From assembly GCA_964106645.2 (NCBI GenBank), contig OZ067038.1: a stretch of 64,000 bases of DNA; one strand, given 5' to 3'. The translations under genes were made by a program, and so were the position numbers. This DNA comes from Podarcis pityusensis (taxonomy: Eukaryota). Shown piece by piece: positions 38,311 through 51,830 of this stretch (position 1 is its first letter; each line of letters begins with the position of its first letter). Below the pieces are notes generated by a model. The model ran no database searches and was not told the origin of the DNA. It saw only the letters and a list, made by a program, of their open reading frames with translations.

Positions 38311-38811
38311 ACTATATGTATATACACAGTTGTCCCCAACAGCTGCAGATAGGCAGGGTCATAAACTCTGCTAACAGGGGTGTTTTCTGAAAGAAAAGGG
38401 GTAAAAGACTACTTAGGGATCAGAGAGTGCAAGGGAGAGGTTAAGAAATAAAACTGAAAGTGATCACATGTCATTAGATGGATTTGTATGATATGAAGAG
38501 AAACCAGAGTGATCATATGCTGTTATTCCAGTCACTTTTCTTTTTGCCTTTTAGTCAAAAATTAGTTGTTGTTTCTAACTGAAGTAGAACATAACTTAAG
38601 CAAAAAAAAATGAAGTTCATTGCTTCATTTGGAAGGTTTTTTGGCTTAGATGCAGACATTTCCGTTGCATCAAGAAACAGACCGTCTGAAGTAGACAGAC
38701 ACAGACAGACCATGGCTATATAGCAACAGACCATGGGGATGAATAAATGGTGTTGTGCAATTCAAATAGAGAAGAGAGAAGATGGGGGCAAATAAAGCAG
38801 CCACATTTCAC

Positions 38812-38945
38812 CTTTGCAGAAAGGCGAATGAATACAGCTTTGGACAAAAATACCGACGGAGCACAAAGACCGCAGGAAAATGCCTGTGCTGAACTCTAGT
38901 CAGGCCACTGCAGTTTCCACAGTGGTCAGTCTTGCAACCTTTGTT
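38812..38945 (-). other. Candidate 134-nt exon
   Basis: gctttacag|AACAAAG...GCAAAG|gtgaaa; one open frame NKGCKTDHCGNCSGLTRV...; no recognised homolog. Confidence 0.25.
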
Positions 38946-39914
38946 CTGTAAAGCCTCACAGACCAGAAAGCAGAGTAATAGTTTAAGGATAAAAAGGCTG
39001 CAATTCTCCATTGCATGTGGTTTTAAAAATTGAGCATCAGAATAACACTGAGTAAAACCATAGTGATTGTGGACCCAGCATTAAAAAAACAAAAACAAAA
39101 AACAAAAAAGGACTTCTTAAGGAAATTTGGCCATTGGAAATTCCAGTATGAATTTACCCAAGCAGCTCCTCTGGAGTAATGTGTAGATTATAATTTAGTT
39201 ATCCACCAGCTCTCCTTCCCAACACTTTCTGGCTCAAATTGAGATGGGGTGTGTGTGTATGTGCTTTAAATTGCATATTTGGATGGTAAATATATTTAGA
39301 AATAGGCTTTTTCAAGGAAAATACATTTTTTAAATAGTTTTTAAAACACAGATTTTGTGTGTGTGTGTTTAATTACAGATAAATGCAGAAACAGAACAGA
39401 ATGGACTTTTTAGCAAACATATGTGAACACAGAATAGAAATACCAGGTTTCATCAATCTGTAGTTAAAATGTGGCTGGCTGTCTAGAATAATACAAGCAC
39501 ATCCCATAGTCTGGAGAAATCTTACTGTCGAAGAGGGTCACCAAAGGTCTCAATTTACATGACTCAACTCATCTGATACATTTTGGTGCTACTGAATCCA
39601 AATTTTCACTTTAATCAGCCATTGGAAGTTGGCTTTTGACAAAAAATAGCCTCTGTTGCTACTAGCCATGACATTGGAGGCATATATTTGTGAATCATTC
39701 CTGAAAGGCTCTCTGCAATAAAGGTTCAACATGTCAATGGACCCATATCTGCAAGTTTCCTTTTCTGCTATAGTGCCCAGTTCTCTTAGCTCTAGTCAAA
39801 ATCTCATTTGTATCCAATATTTGCAAAAGGGAAATAAAACACATTACACATGTTGCCAATGAAATCATTATGTGATTAAAAATACAACATTTTAACATTT
39901 CACAGAAAAGTAAC

Positions 39915-40369
39915 TGCAATGGTTCTAGGGGTTGCTCGTGTGTAAGCCGGTGCTTATCTCCCCGGCTGGGTGCAAACACCTGGCTGGGTTGCCTAAGTGA
40001 ACCTTTTCTGTCCGGACAGCCACTCACCCGTGGCTGACTCAATCGCTGGCAGAATCCGTCAGTGGGCGTTTCTTAAACTTCTTCCAGCAAAGAACCTGTT
40101 TGACGCCTAGTCTCCTCCTACTCTCTCTGCGCGAAAGCCTTCTGCGCAAGGAGGGCGTGGGCAGCGGAGGACCCCTACTCTCCCCGCTGGTCCCAGGCAA
40201 GGAGTCATGGGACCGCCTCGCCGCTTCCCCCCTCTGCCCCCCTTCTCCACTGGTGCTACGCTGATTCTCTTCCCCAGAAGATGTGCTGCTTCTCCTGATC
40301 CCTGGACGCTCTGTGGAATCCCTCTGGCTTTTGCTCTCTCCCTCCGGCACTGATGGCAGTTCCCTGACA
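39915..40369 (-). mobile_element. Solo LTR (same family as 36625) containing a 110-codon open frame
   Basis: tg...tgaca termini; perfect 5-bp TSD gtaac. Confidence 0.9.
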
Positions 40370-40668
40370 GTAACCAACAGCATTCTGTTTCTGATTAAAG
40401 TGTTCCTGTGATGTACATACAGATGTAGACAAAATGGCACCAGCCACAAACACAAGAGGGAGCGATCAACTGACTCTGGGTAACCTTGAGGTTTGCAGGA
40501 ATATGAAGCATCTTTTTGGGGAGGGAGAACTTACAGAGAGAAACATTTGTGTGTGAGAAAGAGAAACAGAGTGTATGGGAAAGTGAGATGAAGGAGGAGA
40601 TGTGGAGGTGTGGAGAGAACCATCTTGTTTTCTGGATAGTTCATTTCCTGGTTCATGCTAAGATGCTA

Positions 40669-40894
40669 CAGTGGTACCTCGGGTTAAGTACTTAATTCGT
40701 TCCAGAGGTCCGTTCTTAACCTGAAACTGTTCTTAACCTGCAGCACCATTTTAGTTAATGGGGCCTCCTGCTGCCGCTGCGCCACCAGAGCACGATTTCT
40801 GTTCTCATCCTGAAGCAAAGTTCTTAACCTGAAGCACTATTTCTGGGTTAGCGGAGTCTGTAACCTGAAGCGTATGTAACCCGAGGTACCGCTG
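40669..40894. mobile_element. Tigger-like MITE family A
   Basis: TA TSD, cagtggtacctcgggtta TIR. Confidence 0.95.
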
Positions 40895-40987
40895 TATTTG
40901 TAAATATCCCAAGGGTCAAAACTGAGACTGGCATATAAAAACCCACAAATACAAGATTTTAACATAGCTGGAACTGGGCAGCCAAGT

Positions 40988-40989
<2 letters not shown>

Positions 40990-41055
<66 letters not shown>
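40990..41055. repeat. (CT)n(CA)n compound microsatellite
   Basis: Direct. Confidence 0.95.
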
Positions 41056-41341
41056 CAAAATAGAGACAGAAGAAATCAGAACAGCCCAATGAGAACCGAG
41101 GTGATCTATGGGAACAAAATGTAGACTGGTGGGTGTGTGTGTGTGTGGAGTGGCCAAAACTCTGAACAGAAGAACTCCACACTGCAGCATTTTGTTGCAG
41201 TCCCCACCCCACTTGTGACAACTCTATATGAAGCATTATGCACCAGCTTGCCGTGGAAAATACACAAGCAACATACTGTGATCATGGTTTTCTCTGCACT
41301 GAACACCTGTACTTTATTATGCTAGCATCATGTAAAAAGTA

Positions 41342-41560
41342 CAGTGGTACCTTGCTTTGCAACCGCTTTGGATTACAACCGTTTTGAATTACAAACCTGG
41401 AAATGCATGTCCCTTTTTTTGGATTGCAACCCATTTTTGGGGATGACAACCATTTTTGCGGGGAGGCCCCATTGGTGAAAGCGCGCCTTGGGTTACAACC
41501 TGTTTTGGTTTACAACCGGACCTCCAGAAGGGATTATGGTTGTAAACCAAGGTACCACTG
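41342..41560. mobile_element. Tigger-like MITE (related family)
   Basis: TIR cagtggtaccttg / caaggtaccactg. Confidence 0.9.
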
Positions 41561-42570
41561 TGTCTATTTGGATCAAAGCTGCTGGAGTTTTAATTCTCTC
41601 CCCTCATTTGCTGCTTTCTGGTGCACCGGCCACATTTGAAAGGATCTACAGCATTCTTGCAAATCATCTGCTGTACAACATATGCATGATAATACATAAT
41701 ATTAAATAAGTGAAAGGTGATGGATGCATGAATATTAAGATAGCTTCTGCTAGTCAAAATGTGTGCATGATACTTTATACAAATTCATTGGTTTGGGTGA
41801 AGTTACTAAGTTTTGATGCTTTGGAATCAAAGTTTTATTGCCGAAGCCTCTAACGAGTCCACATGAATAGCAAAAGGAAAGTTATAATTCAATTTATAAA
41901 GACAACTGACAAAATAAAAGTAAAGGGAACAATGATACATGTTTATTGACACAAATGATGTTAAATATTATATTTATATCATCAGCAAAACAATGACAAA
42001 TGAAAGATTCAGCAAAGGTTACGGCTTGACAAAGTAAGGTTTTTTTGAAATGTGGACCCCAATCAAATTGATAAAAGCATAAATGATGCAACACTTTCTG
42101 ACACTAAAGTCTTTACTTCTGCTTATATATATATATATATGGAATCCTCCACTACAGTGGCCTAATGTCAGCATTTGTCCATAAACTCTTTCATAAAACA
42201 GAAATGGGAAAAATGATTTAAAGCAGCTCAATTTGTCTGTTTACCTTAATCTTTAACTATTCCCAGATGTCTTAGCTACATGATGTATGACTCCTTATAA
42301 AACAATTTTTCAAAGATATCCAAGACAGGGCGGGGAGGGGGGAGGGGAGGGAGTCAGACTTCTGTCCTTTTAGCCACATAACTTTACTAAACAAGCGACA
42401 AACAGCAACACTTTTTAGACTGTCAGAAAAAAAAATTAATGGGTTGTTCATATTATTTTAATCACTCCTGTCTCTTTTCGTAAATGTCCATATACAACTC
42501 ATATTCTCTCCTTTAACCAAAGGCCAAAGAAAATTTGGTGTCACAACTTCAGCACTGACAATTGCCAGTA

Positions 42571-42768
42571 CAGTGGTACCTCGGGTTACAGACGCTTCAG
42601 GTTACAAACTCCACTAACCCAGAAATAGTACCTCAGGTTAAGAACTTTGCTTCAGGATGAGAACAGTGGGAGGCCCCATTAGCTAAAGTGGTACCTCAGG
42701 TTAAGAACAGTTTCAGGTTAAGAACGGACCTCTGGAACAAATTAAGTTCTTAACCTGAGGTACCACTG
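42571..42768. mobile_element. Tigger-like MITE family A (internal deletion)
   Basis: TA TSD, TIRs. Confidence 0.95.
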
Positions 42769-44624
42769 TACAATCCTACTCCTGTTTCAGATTTTGAATA
42801 TACAGTTGCATTACACAGCCTGTACCTGCAAAATTCAGGTTTGATGACTATATTACACCAGGGAATGATCATCAATTCATGTGGATGAATGATGCCTTGA
42901 GTCCTCTCTGGCGAGTATTATTATGGTGATTATCTTCTATATTACAGACTCCATGCCAAAAAAGAGAATAAACCACTGTGACTGTTGGGCTCTTTCTTTG
43001 TTCTAGAGTTTTATATGTTTAGAGGTGCCGACTGCTGTTTGTTTTATTACTGGTGGTGGTGGTGGTTTATTTCATTCATGAATACCTTCCTATGGAACAT
43101 CTCAAAAAGCTTTCAAAACACATAAAAAACATATAGGACACTGTCAGTACACACACAGGCACTGTCAATACCTGGGACCCCCCCCACAACCCCCCCCACA
43201 AAATCCTGAGCAAAACACTGCCAGCTACCCTATCATTCCCAGCCAATGAACGAAGTACAACATAATTTTCAATGAGAAGATTCCATTTGTTATCTAATGT
43301 TTGCTTTTCTGCTGCTCTTTTAAACCAGTGCACCAAAAACAAAATAGCTCTCATTTCTAGTAATTGAAATTCACCTTCATCCATTAAAAAATGTCCCTTG
43401 CCAGTTTCCCAACCAAAGCAGGGGGGGGGGGATCTCAGGCTTTGAGGCCAAATGTCCCTTTGGGGCTTCCCAGGCCAAATACCCTCTAGGAAGCCACAGA
43501 AACCCTCAGCAGCCCTCCTCCACTCCCTCCTTGGGTTCTTTTGCTTGAATGTAATGTGTTCTTGAACTGTATCATTCCTCTTGTTTCCCAGTATTTATTT
43601 ATTTTTACCAGCACCGATAAACCACTGGAAAGTAGCCTGCAGGTACAGCAGACCATTTCAAAAAGAAGGGGGTGGATGTAAATTCCCACTCAAGGTTTGA
43701 TCACACAGTGATACATTAAAATTAAAGGCCACAATCCACCAGGCAGGACATTGAACCAAAATGGGAGCAACACAACTGCGTGACAATGCTGTTGAGCTAC
43801 TCTCGTTCACTCTGATGGGCTCATGCAAGGGGAGATCTTGAGGGACTTGGGCCAGACTCACAGATTCTCAAAGTCAGAGAGTAATTATGTCAATCTCCCA
43901 CTTGATTTTCCCAAAGGGAAATGTGGCACTGAAACGCTGTGTTTTCTTTAAAAACCTGCCTCTCAATTAATATTCCAGGAAGACAGCTGAACACTATGGT
44001 GAAAACAAGCATTTCTCATGAATAGCATTTCCACAAAGTATCGCATGAAGTGTGTGCACTGTTTTAATGTTACACATATATTGTACTGTGCTTATCCACA
44101 AGGCAACTAGAGAGAAAAGGGATAGAAATCCCTCCGAAAAAGAAGCAATTTTCATTTGGGATCCCTCACCACCACAACATCACCACCACCCCCTCCTCCA
44201 CCACCAATTTCTAGGACGAAAATGGCTGTTTTAAAAACTTCAAGTAAGCTTGAGAAACTGACTGTGGATCATGTATACAACACAGGGTCAATGCTGTATT
44301 GAATTTCTAGACCATTTTCAGACTACCTTCTGGCAATGGAAGCATTTTGACCACTGACACTCCCTATGGGTATATCTGACTATCCCGGTACAATGCGCCA
44401 TTCTCCATTATTGAATCTACAACAAACTGCTGTAGGTTATTCATTGATTGAGTGTTTAAGTGTATTCTTTGGGAGTAAATGGAAAGTGAATTCTGTAGAC
44501 AGCCACATAAAATAAAATTCTAAAAAATCAGCAGAATTCCTTGCTGGAGAGAGATGTGCATTGGGGCCAATGTGATTATTTTTGTACTTGTTTTGTTTTT
44601 CTGCATCACTTGCTACCTACAGGA

Positions 44625-44625
<1 letters not shown>

Positions 44626-44663
<38 letters not shown>
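44626..44663. repeat. (ATT)n microsatellite
   Basis: Direct. Confidence 0.95.
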
Positions 44664-45149
44664 TTGTTCATCTATTGAACAGGTGTGGGTGGGTGGGTGA
44701 GTAGTTTATTCTCACAAAAAATTAAGCTATCACCAAGATGACAACATAGGGATATAAGGTGAAAGCCTATCTCTCTCTCCACCCCCAATGTCTTTAAATC
44801 AATTATAACAGGCAGACTGTTAATCAACCAACACAGATGCAAGAAGGTAGTCTTTAAGTATTCCTAAAAGAGGCCAGAGGAGGAGGATTAAAAGTGAGCA
44901 GTTGTTCAGATTTAAGGCAAGTGTTGTGCATGCCGTAACGTGTCTATGCAAATCTTCAGTTACAGCGCTCAGAAAATATTCACAAATCATTGCCTTTCCA
45001 GATGTAGCTGGAGTCCAGCTCCTATCAGCCCCACCTGCATGGTCCATAGTCAGGAACAGTGGGCGTTCCAGTTCAGCAACATCTGGAAGGCCAATGGTTC
45101 CCCATCCCTGATCTAAACTAATTCAGCAGGGGGCCTTGAAGGCACATGA

Positions 45150-45278
45150 GGGTCCCCACCTCATTAAAGAAGTCGGGGTCTGGTCAGGGCCTGGATGAAT
45201 GATCACCTGGAAAACACACATGCGCCATTCTGGGTAGCATGATGACAGAAATGTGGAATATAAATAAATTTAATAAAA
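45150..45278 (+). mobile_element. 5S-derived SINE-like element with L2-like tail
   Basis: gtcggggtctggtcagggcctggatgaatgatcacctggaaaac...gaaatgtggaatataaataaat. Confidence 0.5.
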
Positions 45279-45333
45279 TGCCCATCTGTAAGAGATAAGT
45301 CAGCCCGACTTTGTTCACAACACTGTTGCACTA

Positions 45334-45567
45334 CAGTGGTACCTTGGGTTACAAACACTTCAGGTTACAAACACTTCGGATTACAAACTCCGCTAAGTAG
45401 TACCTTGGGTTGAGAACTTTGCCCCAGGATGAGAACAAAAATTGCATGGTGGCAGCGCGGTGGCAGCGGGAGGCCCCATTAGCGAAAGCGCGCCTCAGGT
45501 TCAGAACGGTTTCGGGCTAAGAACGGACCTCCGGAATGAATTAAGTTTATAACCTGAGGTACCACTG
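45334..45567. mobile_element. Tigger-like MITE family A
   Basis: TA TSD, TIRs. Confidence 0.93.
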
Positions 45568-45892
45568 TATTTTGAGTGTGTGGCATATTGCCCCTGGCTG
45601 GTATTCAATCTGCTGTAAGTCACCTTTAAAGGTAGTTTTAAAATAAAACAGAATGTATACATATTACTCCAGAAATTCATTTGCAAACAAAACAAAGCCC
45701 AAATATTACACAGCATACACTTACTGTCATTGGTCTTTTTAAAATACAAAACAGAACACTGATTTCTACCATGTATATGAATCATAACATTGCCAGCATT
45801 CATCTGTCTCAAGAGACTATGGAGTGCAGCTGCAGAGGTAAAGTCAAACCGCAGGAGAATCACAGCGCCTGCTGTGGCTGCAGAGACTAGTA

Positions 45893-46118
45893 CAGTGGTA
45901 CCTCGGGCTAAGAACTTCATTCATTCCGGAGGTCCGTTCTTAACCTGAAATTGTTCTTAACCTGAAGCACCACTTTAGCTAATGGGGCCTCCCGCTGCCG
46001 CCGTGCCGCCAGAGCACAATTTCTGTTCTCATCCTGAAGCAAAGTTCTTAACCCGAGGTACTATTTCTGGGTTAGCGGAGTCTGTAACCTGAAGCGTATG
46101 TAACCCGAGGTACCACTG
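45893..46118. mobile_element. Tigger-like MITE family A, inverted relative to 45334
   Basis: TA TSD, TIRs. Confidence 0.95.
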
Positions 46119-46124
46119 TAACCA

Positions 46125-46498
46125 GTTTTTGCTGCATTAGCAGCACCAAAGTGACCTCTCTGGTGCGCAAGCCTGGCCAGTGCGCATGGAGGTCCTGGGC
46201 TCCCCAGATGACAAGGACCCCCCCCCCCCGCTCATGTGGTCCAAAGGAAAGCAGAGCAGTATGTTTGGCACCGGCATAGTTGCAGGAGTTGCCAGCAGGA
46301 GGCATACAAGACGCCATCCAACTGTCTCAGGGTTTACTCCTTAGCCTTTTCTTCTCCCGAATATGTCCTGCAATGCAGTGGGTATGAATTTTTCCTCAGG
46401 GTTTTCCTCCTGAAGCATTTCTCATGAACGAGTACAGATGCAAGGCAGTGGAGGTTTAAGATCAGAGTTTTCCTTCTCCTGGATGAGCTACCTTCCCA
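46125..46498 (-). mobile_element. RTE-clade 5' UTR-derived element
   Basis: Minus strand has ggagaaggaaaactctgatcttaaacc, a motif characteristic of RTE 5' UTRs. Confidence 0.6.
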
Positions 46499-47762
46499 TC
46501 ATAACATCAGCAACATTCATGTATTAAGGCATCTGCTGGCATCAAAGAGTCCTCCACAAGCAATCAGTTCAGATCCTCCTGTCCTCAGTGGGCAAAGAGA
46601 GGAAGTTGCAGATGGAGAAAGAAAGAGTTTCAAAAGGAATGGGGATGGCCTAAAGAGATAAACGTTTTGGTTCCACCCCACACACTGCTGGCATGCAGTC
46701 CCCAGTAAATTACACCCAAGGGATTGAGTGACCCTCAGTAGGAAAGAAGTTTACCAAAACTGATGCTCCAATGCTCTGGTTTAGTATAATGCAGATTTCT
46801 ATGACGCAATTTCCCACTGCTAGGGAGGCATCTTCTATGGTCTTCTGGAGCCTTCCTCCCACCACCACCCCTTATGCAACGTGAGTCCCTGGGGGAAAGG
46901 GAAGCAGGTTGAGGATTCTGCATATGAGCAGAATCAAGGGGAGGGGCCTTCTGGACTTGAATTTTGATCCTGCTCAAAGCAGTTCAGGCAGAAATGCTTG
47001 CATAACCCAGAATCCTTGCTTCAAGCACCACCTCTTCAGTTGCAGTTTGCCATACTGCAGAGAGCTACTGTTTGAGGAGAATCGGTTCTATGGCCCCCTC
47101 GAGCTCACAGAATTAGTTTGGTGGGTCTCTGGATCCTGGCCCATAAATTCCAGAAGGAACACTCACTCACTCTACCATACCAAACGTTTAACTACCTTGT
47201 GGATTTTTAGCCATTTAAGAAGTTGCATTCACGAGACCTTGCTTTCAGGACTGTTCCTAGCTTGGGTCAGTTGACAGCCATCTTACATGCTACAGCTTAA
47301 CTCTTCACGTACAAAAAGGAAAAGGAAAAAATTAAGGCAAGTACTTTCTGAACCAGGTGGCACTGCAGGAAAGATTTTCAGCCGAAAGAAATTCTGGTAT
47401 TGAAATTCTGAGGGGACACCAGGGAGCCCAGCTGGAGAGTGATTGGCAGACTTGTGGGGACTGAGGTTGGAGGTGGGGAAGATTGATGCCTTGGCTTGAC
47501 ACACACAAAGAGGGCTGTGTGTGTGAGAGAGAGAGAGAGTTAGTGAGTGAGTGAGAGAGAACCCACCATAAGGCATGGCAGTCCCTATAAACATGGGGAA
47601 TGTCAGTTTACTGTTTTGCCTATGGTACAAAAAAAATGCTTCATTCAAGTGCTGCATGCCATAGAAAAGGGCAGCATATCTAAAATGTTGCCATTCGCCT
47701 TCAAAAACACTGCAGCTCCCTTTATGTATGGAGTGGTGGCTGCTATTGAGTTTTTAATGTAG

Positions 47763-48249
47763 TGTTGTGAAGGGTTTTTTGGAGATAGGTATGTGAGACC
47801 CTTCTAACCTCTGGATGCAGCAAGTGTTAAAACATGAGCCAGGCTAGCTTCCTGTGTTGAGGTGATCACCTGGCCATTAAGAAAACAAAGGAAAGGGGCT
47901 CTGTGCCAAATGGGTGGGGCTAACAGGGATAGTTAGAAGGACAAAGCCTGAGTTTTAGTCGAAAGTGGGCAGTGATGTGACCTAGAAAGAAAGTAGCAAG
48001 CTGGAGAAAGAACAATGTTTGAGAGAAATGATTGATTTCTGTTTGAATCCCAAGGCTACAGCTATGGGAGAAACAAGGCCCTTTGGGGTGTTAACGCTGT
48101 AAATCCCTCCATCGTAGGCTCAGGTTGTATATATGTGTAAATAAACCACATATCATAAAGACACCAGAGTCTCCACTATGCCTCATTTCCAAAAGGGAAC
48201 ATGAACCCTGAAATTGCGTGCCGCTCAGAGATTGGGGTAATGTGCAACA
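47763..48249 (+). mobile_element. Solo LTR
   Basis: tgttg...caaca termini; AATAAA at 48140; flanks gtag/gtat. Confidence 0.7.
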
Positions 48250-49282
48250 GTATAGAGACCAAAGCTTCAAGAGACTGAACTGTGGTAACAAAGAGGGTCC
48301 TTTTTTCCCACACACACAAAAATCAGATTTTAGGACACTTGTGTAAACACATTTTCATATCAATCTCTCAAGCTTCCAGAAAGGCACTGCTCAGGTTCGT
48401 TGAGTAAAGCACACCAGCTTTAAAAACAATTTACCAAACCTGTATAAAAACCTTGGTGCAATTCACAAACCCTCCAGTCAAGTGGGCAGAGACGACTAAT
48501 AGTTAACACCCAAAGGAATTTAAAGAGTTCATTGGGAGTGTTGCATTAAAAGACTTAAAAAACACACACACCACCACCAAATGCTTCTCTAACCACAAGA
48601 TTCATGCTTCATCAGGAGATTCTAGCTAGACTCTATGGAAGTTTTCCAGAAAAAGAAATCACCCACATTGTTTACCTTTTAAAAATTAGAAACAGGAAGG
48701 CAACTGAGGGTGAAAAGGTGTACTCTCAAGTCTAAAATTCATCACCAAGCTTTATGATCTTTTAAAACCCAGAGGGAAATTATGAGATTTGCCATTTTTA
48801 TTCTTGTTACCAAACCCCGCATGGGGTTTTAAAGATGGCATTTGCCATTTTACGCAGTGTTTGCCATTCACCCCCAGATTAATCATAAGGACTTGTGGGT
48901 GGGGAGCATTCAAGCTTTCTAGCAGATGCCGGCATTTTGCTTCCCCCAGATGATGAGCAGCGGCACAGGCAATTCACACCCCTGCTGTTTTCGCTGCACA
49001 CCTGCACCTGCCGTGCCTGCAGCCAGTGATGGAAAGGAAAGGTGAGAGAGAGAAGCCACCTGGTCACTGCCTTCAGAGAAACCTTGATGTAACCTCCTTG
49101 GTAAGCAGTGAGTAGCAGGGAGGAGACTTGTCCACAAGTCAAAGAATAAAATTGAGATACAAGAAATGTAGGAATATCCTGAAAGGCATATTGACAGTAG
49201 GGAGCCCTTGTGTGGAAGACTCCTTTCCACATGAAGGAGGTCACAAAGTCATATGCATTGTGAATTTCTTTCCCTCCACTCT

Positions 49283-49285
<3 letters not shown>

Positions 49286-49321
<36 letters not shown>
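49286..49321. repeat. (GT)n microsatellite
   Basis: Direct. Confidence 0.95.
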
Positions 49322-49323
<2 letters not shown>

Positions 49324-51128
49324 AAGAGGAAGTCCTCCACCCTGTCACTGCTGTACTACTATAAACTGGCAGCCTGGTTCCATCCAACTCCAGCCTTGAC
49401 GCTACTCATCTTTGGAAGTGGAGTGCTAACTTTTGCTCATTCCCAAATGATCTTGTGTATGTTTATGTGTGTTGCGAGGTGGGGGGTGGGTGGGTATCAT
49501 TTTGACTTTTGCTGCAAAGTGACAAAATGACAACAGGTGATACAGCAAACAGTCAGAGAGGGTGGGGTGACAAAGTCGAGGCTGCTACTGGTACTAATGT
49601 TCCCCACATTTCATTTTATTATCTGTTTTAATTACGGATGTTTGTACAACTTCTTCTTTTTACACTTTGCAAACCACTAAGCAGCCTGTTTTGGAGTTAT
49701 GTAGTATATAAATTCATAAAGAACAATAGTTCAGAGGTGCTAAGACAGCTGCATTACAGGTGGAGCTTCTTGCTGGGTGTGTATGTAGATCTCAAGAAAC
49801 GTGTCTGCAGCTGCTGGAGATGCTCGTTCCACCATCCTTCCTATCTGTTGCCTGAGACAATTTGTCCACTGTGCCTATTGGTAGGGCCAGACCCATCTGG
49901 AGCTCTGCTCTTTTCTAGAGAAAAACTACCTTGGATATGTGCTTCATAGGAACCTAAAAGTGGGGAATAAAGATGAGGATGAGGGGAGAGAGAGAGAGAG
50001 AGATCCCTGCACAGCACTAAGAAGCCTTTATCTCTGTATTTACTATCAAGTGATCCCATGATGCATTAAAAAGGTGCACTATCAATTACAGCAGCACATT
50101 CACGGGAAGATGGCAGGCTGCTTTCCACTGGGTCAGACGACTGATCCATTTAGCCTTTGAGAGGGACTCTTGCTCCCTAGTGCTGCTAGGCATCAGGGTC
50201 TCTCTTTCTCTCTCTTGAAGGTAGCAAATTCAGGCATTAAGAGGAATCCTCGTTTCCCAGTAGTGCATCTCCTGTACACATCCAACATACCCAACCTGTG
50301 CTGTGCTGAAAAGTGTGCAGCTGCACATAGAAACGAGCCATAGCACCAGGTCCTCTGCCTGAATTTGTCTGTTTTCTATTTGGGATTGTTAGCTTCAATG
50401 TATGGGTAGGCCCTGTAGGAAGAACTGCAGGTACACGTAGTATAGCCCCACGGGTTCCATTTTATGGGGTGAGAGGAACATAAATCACAAAGATATAGGA
50501 CAAAAATGGGAGGAACAAAACCAGCTTGCTGTTTTATAGGGAATCTACTAAACTATTCATTTCCCATAACTTGGTTTCACAACCTTAGCTTTAAACGCAC
50601 AGCCCTTCACATTTTATGGAAAACAGCATTGATCAGGAGTTATATAATAATGGCTGAATGTGCCAAGCTCAGCATATATTTATAATTATCACAGGCTTTG
50701 TCATAGGCTACACACCAGCAGCCGAGCAGTGCAAATTAACAGTAGAAATACCTTTTTTTTAAAACAAACTCTTTCAAAACCATTATGTTACCCATATCCG
50801 TATTATCTGTGTCCGTTTTCAAAGCAAACAAATAATGATGATGAAATGCACACATATCACGCAGCTGTTATATATTAAGGCTACTTATTCTGCGTAAGGA
50901 AATGGGGAGGTGGTCGAGCTGTGAGCTTGTAGAATGGACTATAGCACTACAGACATTCACAATGTGAATGTTCCCCAGAGTTCTGAGAGAAAACGCAAGG
51001 GAACAGGCTGCACTAGAGTCTTCATGCGTCATGTGGTTGCTGTTCTTCGTTTTGTTTTACTGTTTTAATTTGTTTTAGTGTGGGATTTTTTAAAAAAAAA
51101 TAAGCACCCCAATACCTGCAGTCTGAGT

Positions 51129-51497
51129 GGGACGCGGGTGGCGCTGTGGGTAAAACCTCAGCACCTAGGACTTGCCGATCACATGGTTGGCGGTTCGAAT
51201 CCCCGCAGTGGGGTGAGCTCCCATCTTTCTGTCCCAGCTCCTGCCCACCTAGCAGTTCGAAAGCACCCTTAAGTGCAAGCAGATAAATAGGGACCGCTTT
51301 CTAGCGGGAAGGTAAACGGCGTTTCTGTGTGCTGCGCTGGTGCCGGCTCGCCAGAGCAGCTTCGTCACTCCGGCCACGTGACCCAGAAGTGTCTCCGGAC
51401 AGCGCTGGCCCCTGGCCTCTTAAGTGACATGGGCACACAACCCTAGAGTCGGACACGACTGGCCCATACAGGCAGGGGTACCTTTACCTTTACCTTT
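51129..51497 (+). mobile_element. Sauria (Squam1) SINE, different subfamily
   Basis: gggacgcgggtggcgctgtggg head; ggttcgaatcc B-box; (ACCTTT)n tail; TSD tacctgcagtctga at 51113 and 51498. Confidence 0.94.
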
Positions 51498-51724
51498 TAC
51501 CTGCAGTCTGAAGTGGCACAGCCCACACCACCACCTCTTAATTCTTAAGAGCCAATGCAGCATCTTCCAGAGGTTGTGGAGGTCACCTCAAAAGTGCGTA
51601 AGAAGAGCTGGATCGTGCCAAAAGTACTCTCCCCACTTACGATTCTCAGTGAGTTTTATTCAGAAACACGCTGCCTCTTACACTGGAGGGACTTGCTACA
51701 CAGCTACCACGGCTTGTAGTCACG

Positions 51725-51830
51725 AATAGTCATATCCACCATGAATATGTCTAAACCCCTTCTGAAGCCATCCAAATCAGTGGCTATCACTACTTCCTGA
51801 GGAAGTGATTTCCGCAGGTTAACTAGTAGA
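51725..51830 (-). mobile_element. CR1 ORF2 end fragment
   Basis: SLPQEVVIATDLDGFRRGLDIFM in the ORF track. Confidence 0.8.

Noticed and set aside
51129-51210. tRNA-like A/B boxes
   Set aside because: SINE head with body, tail and TSD; not a tRNA gene
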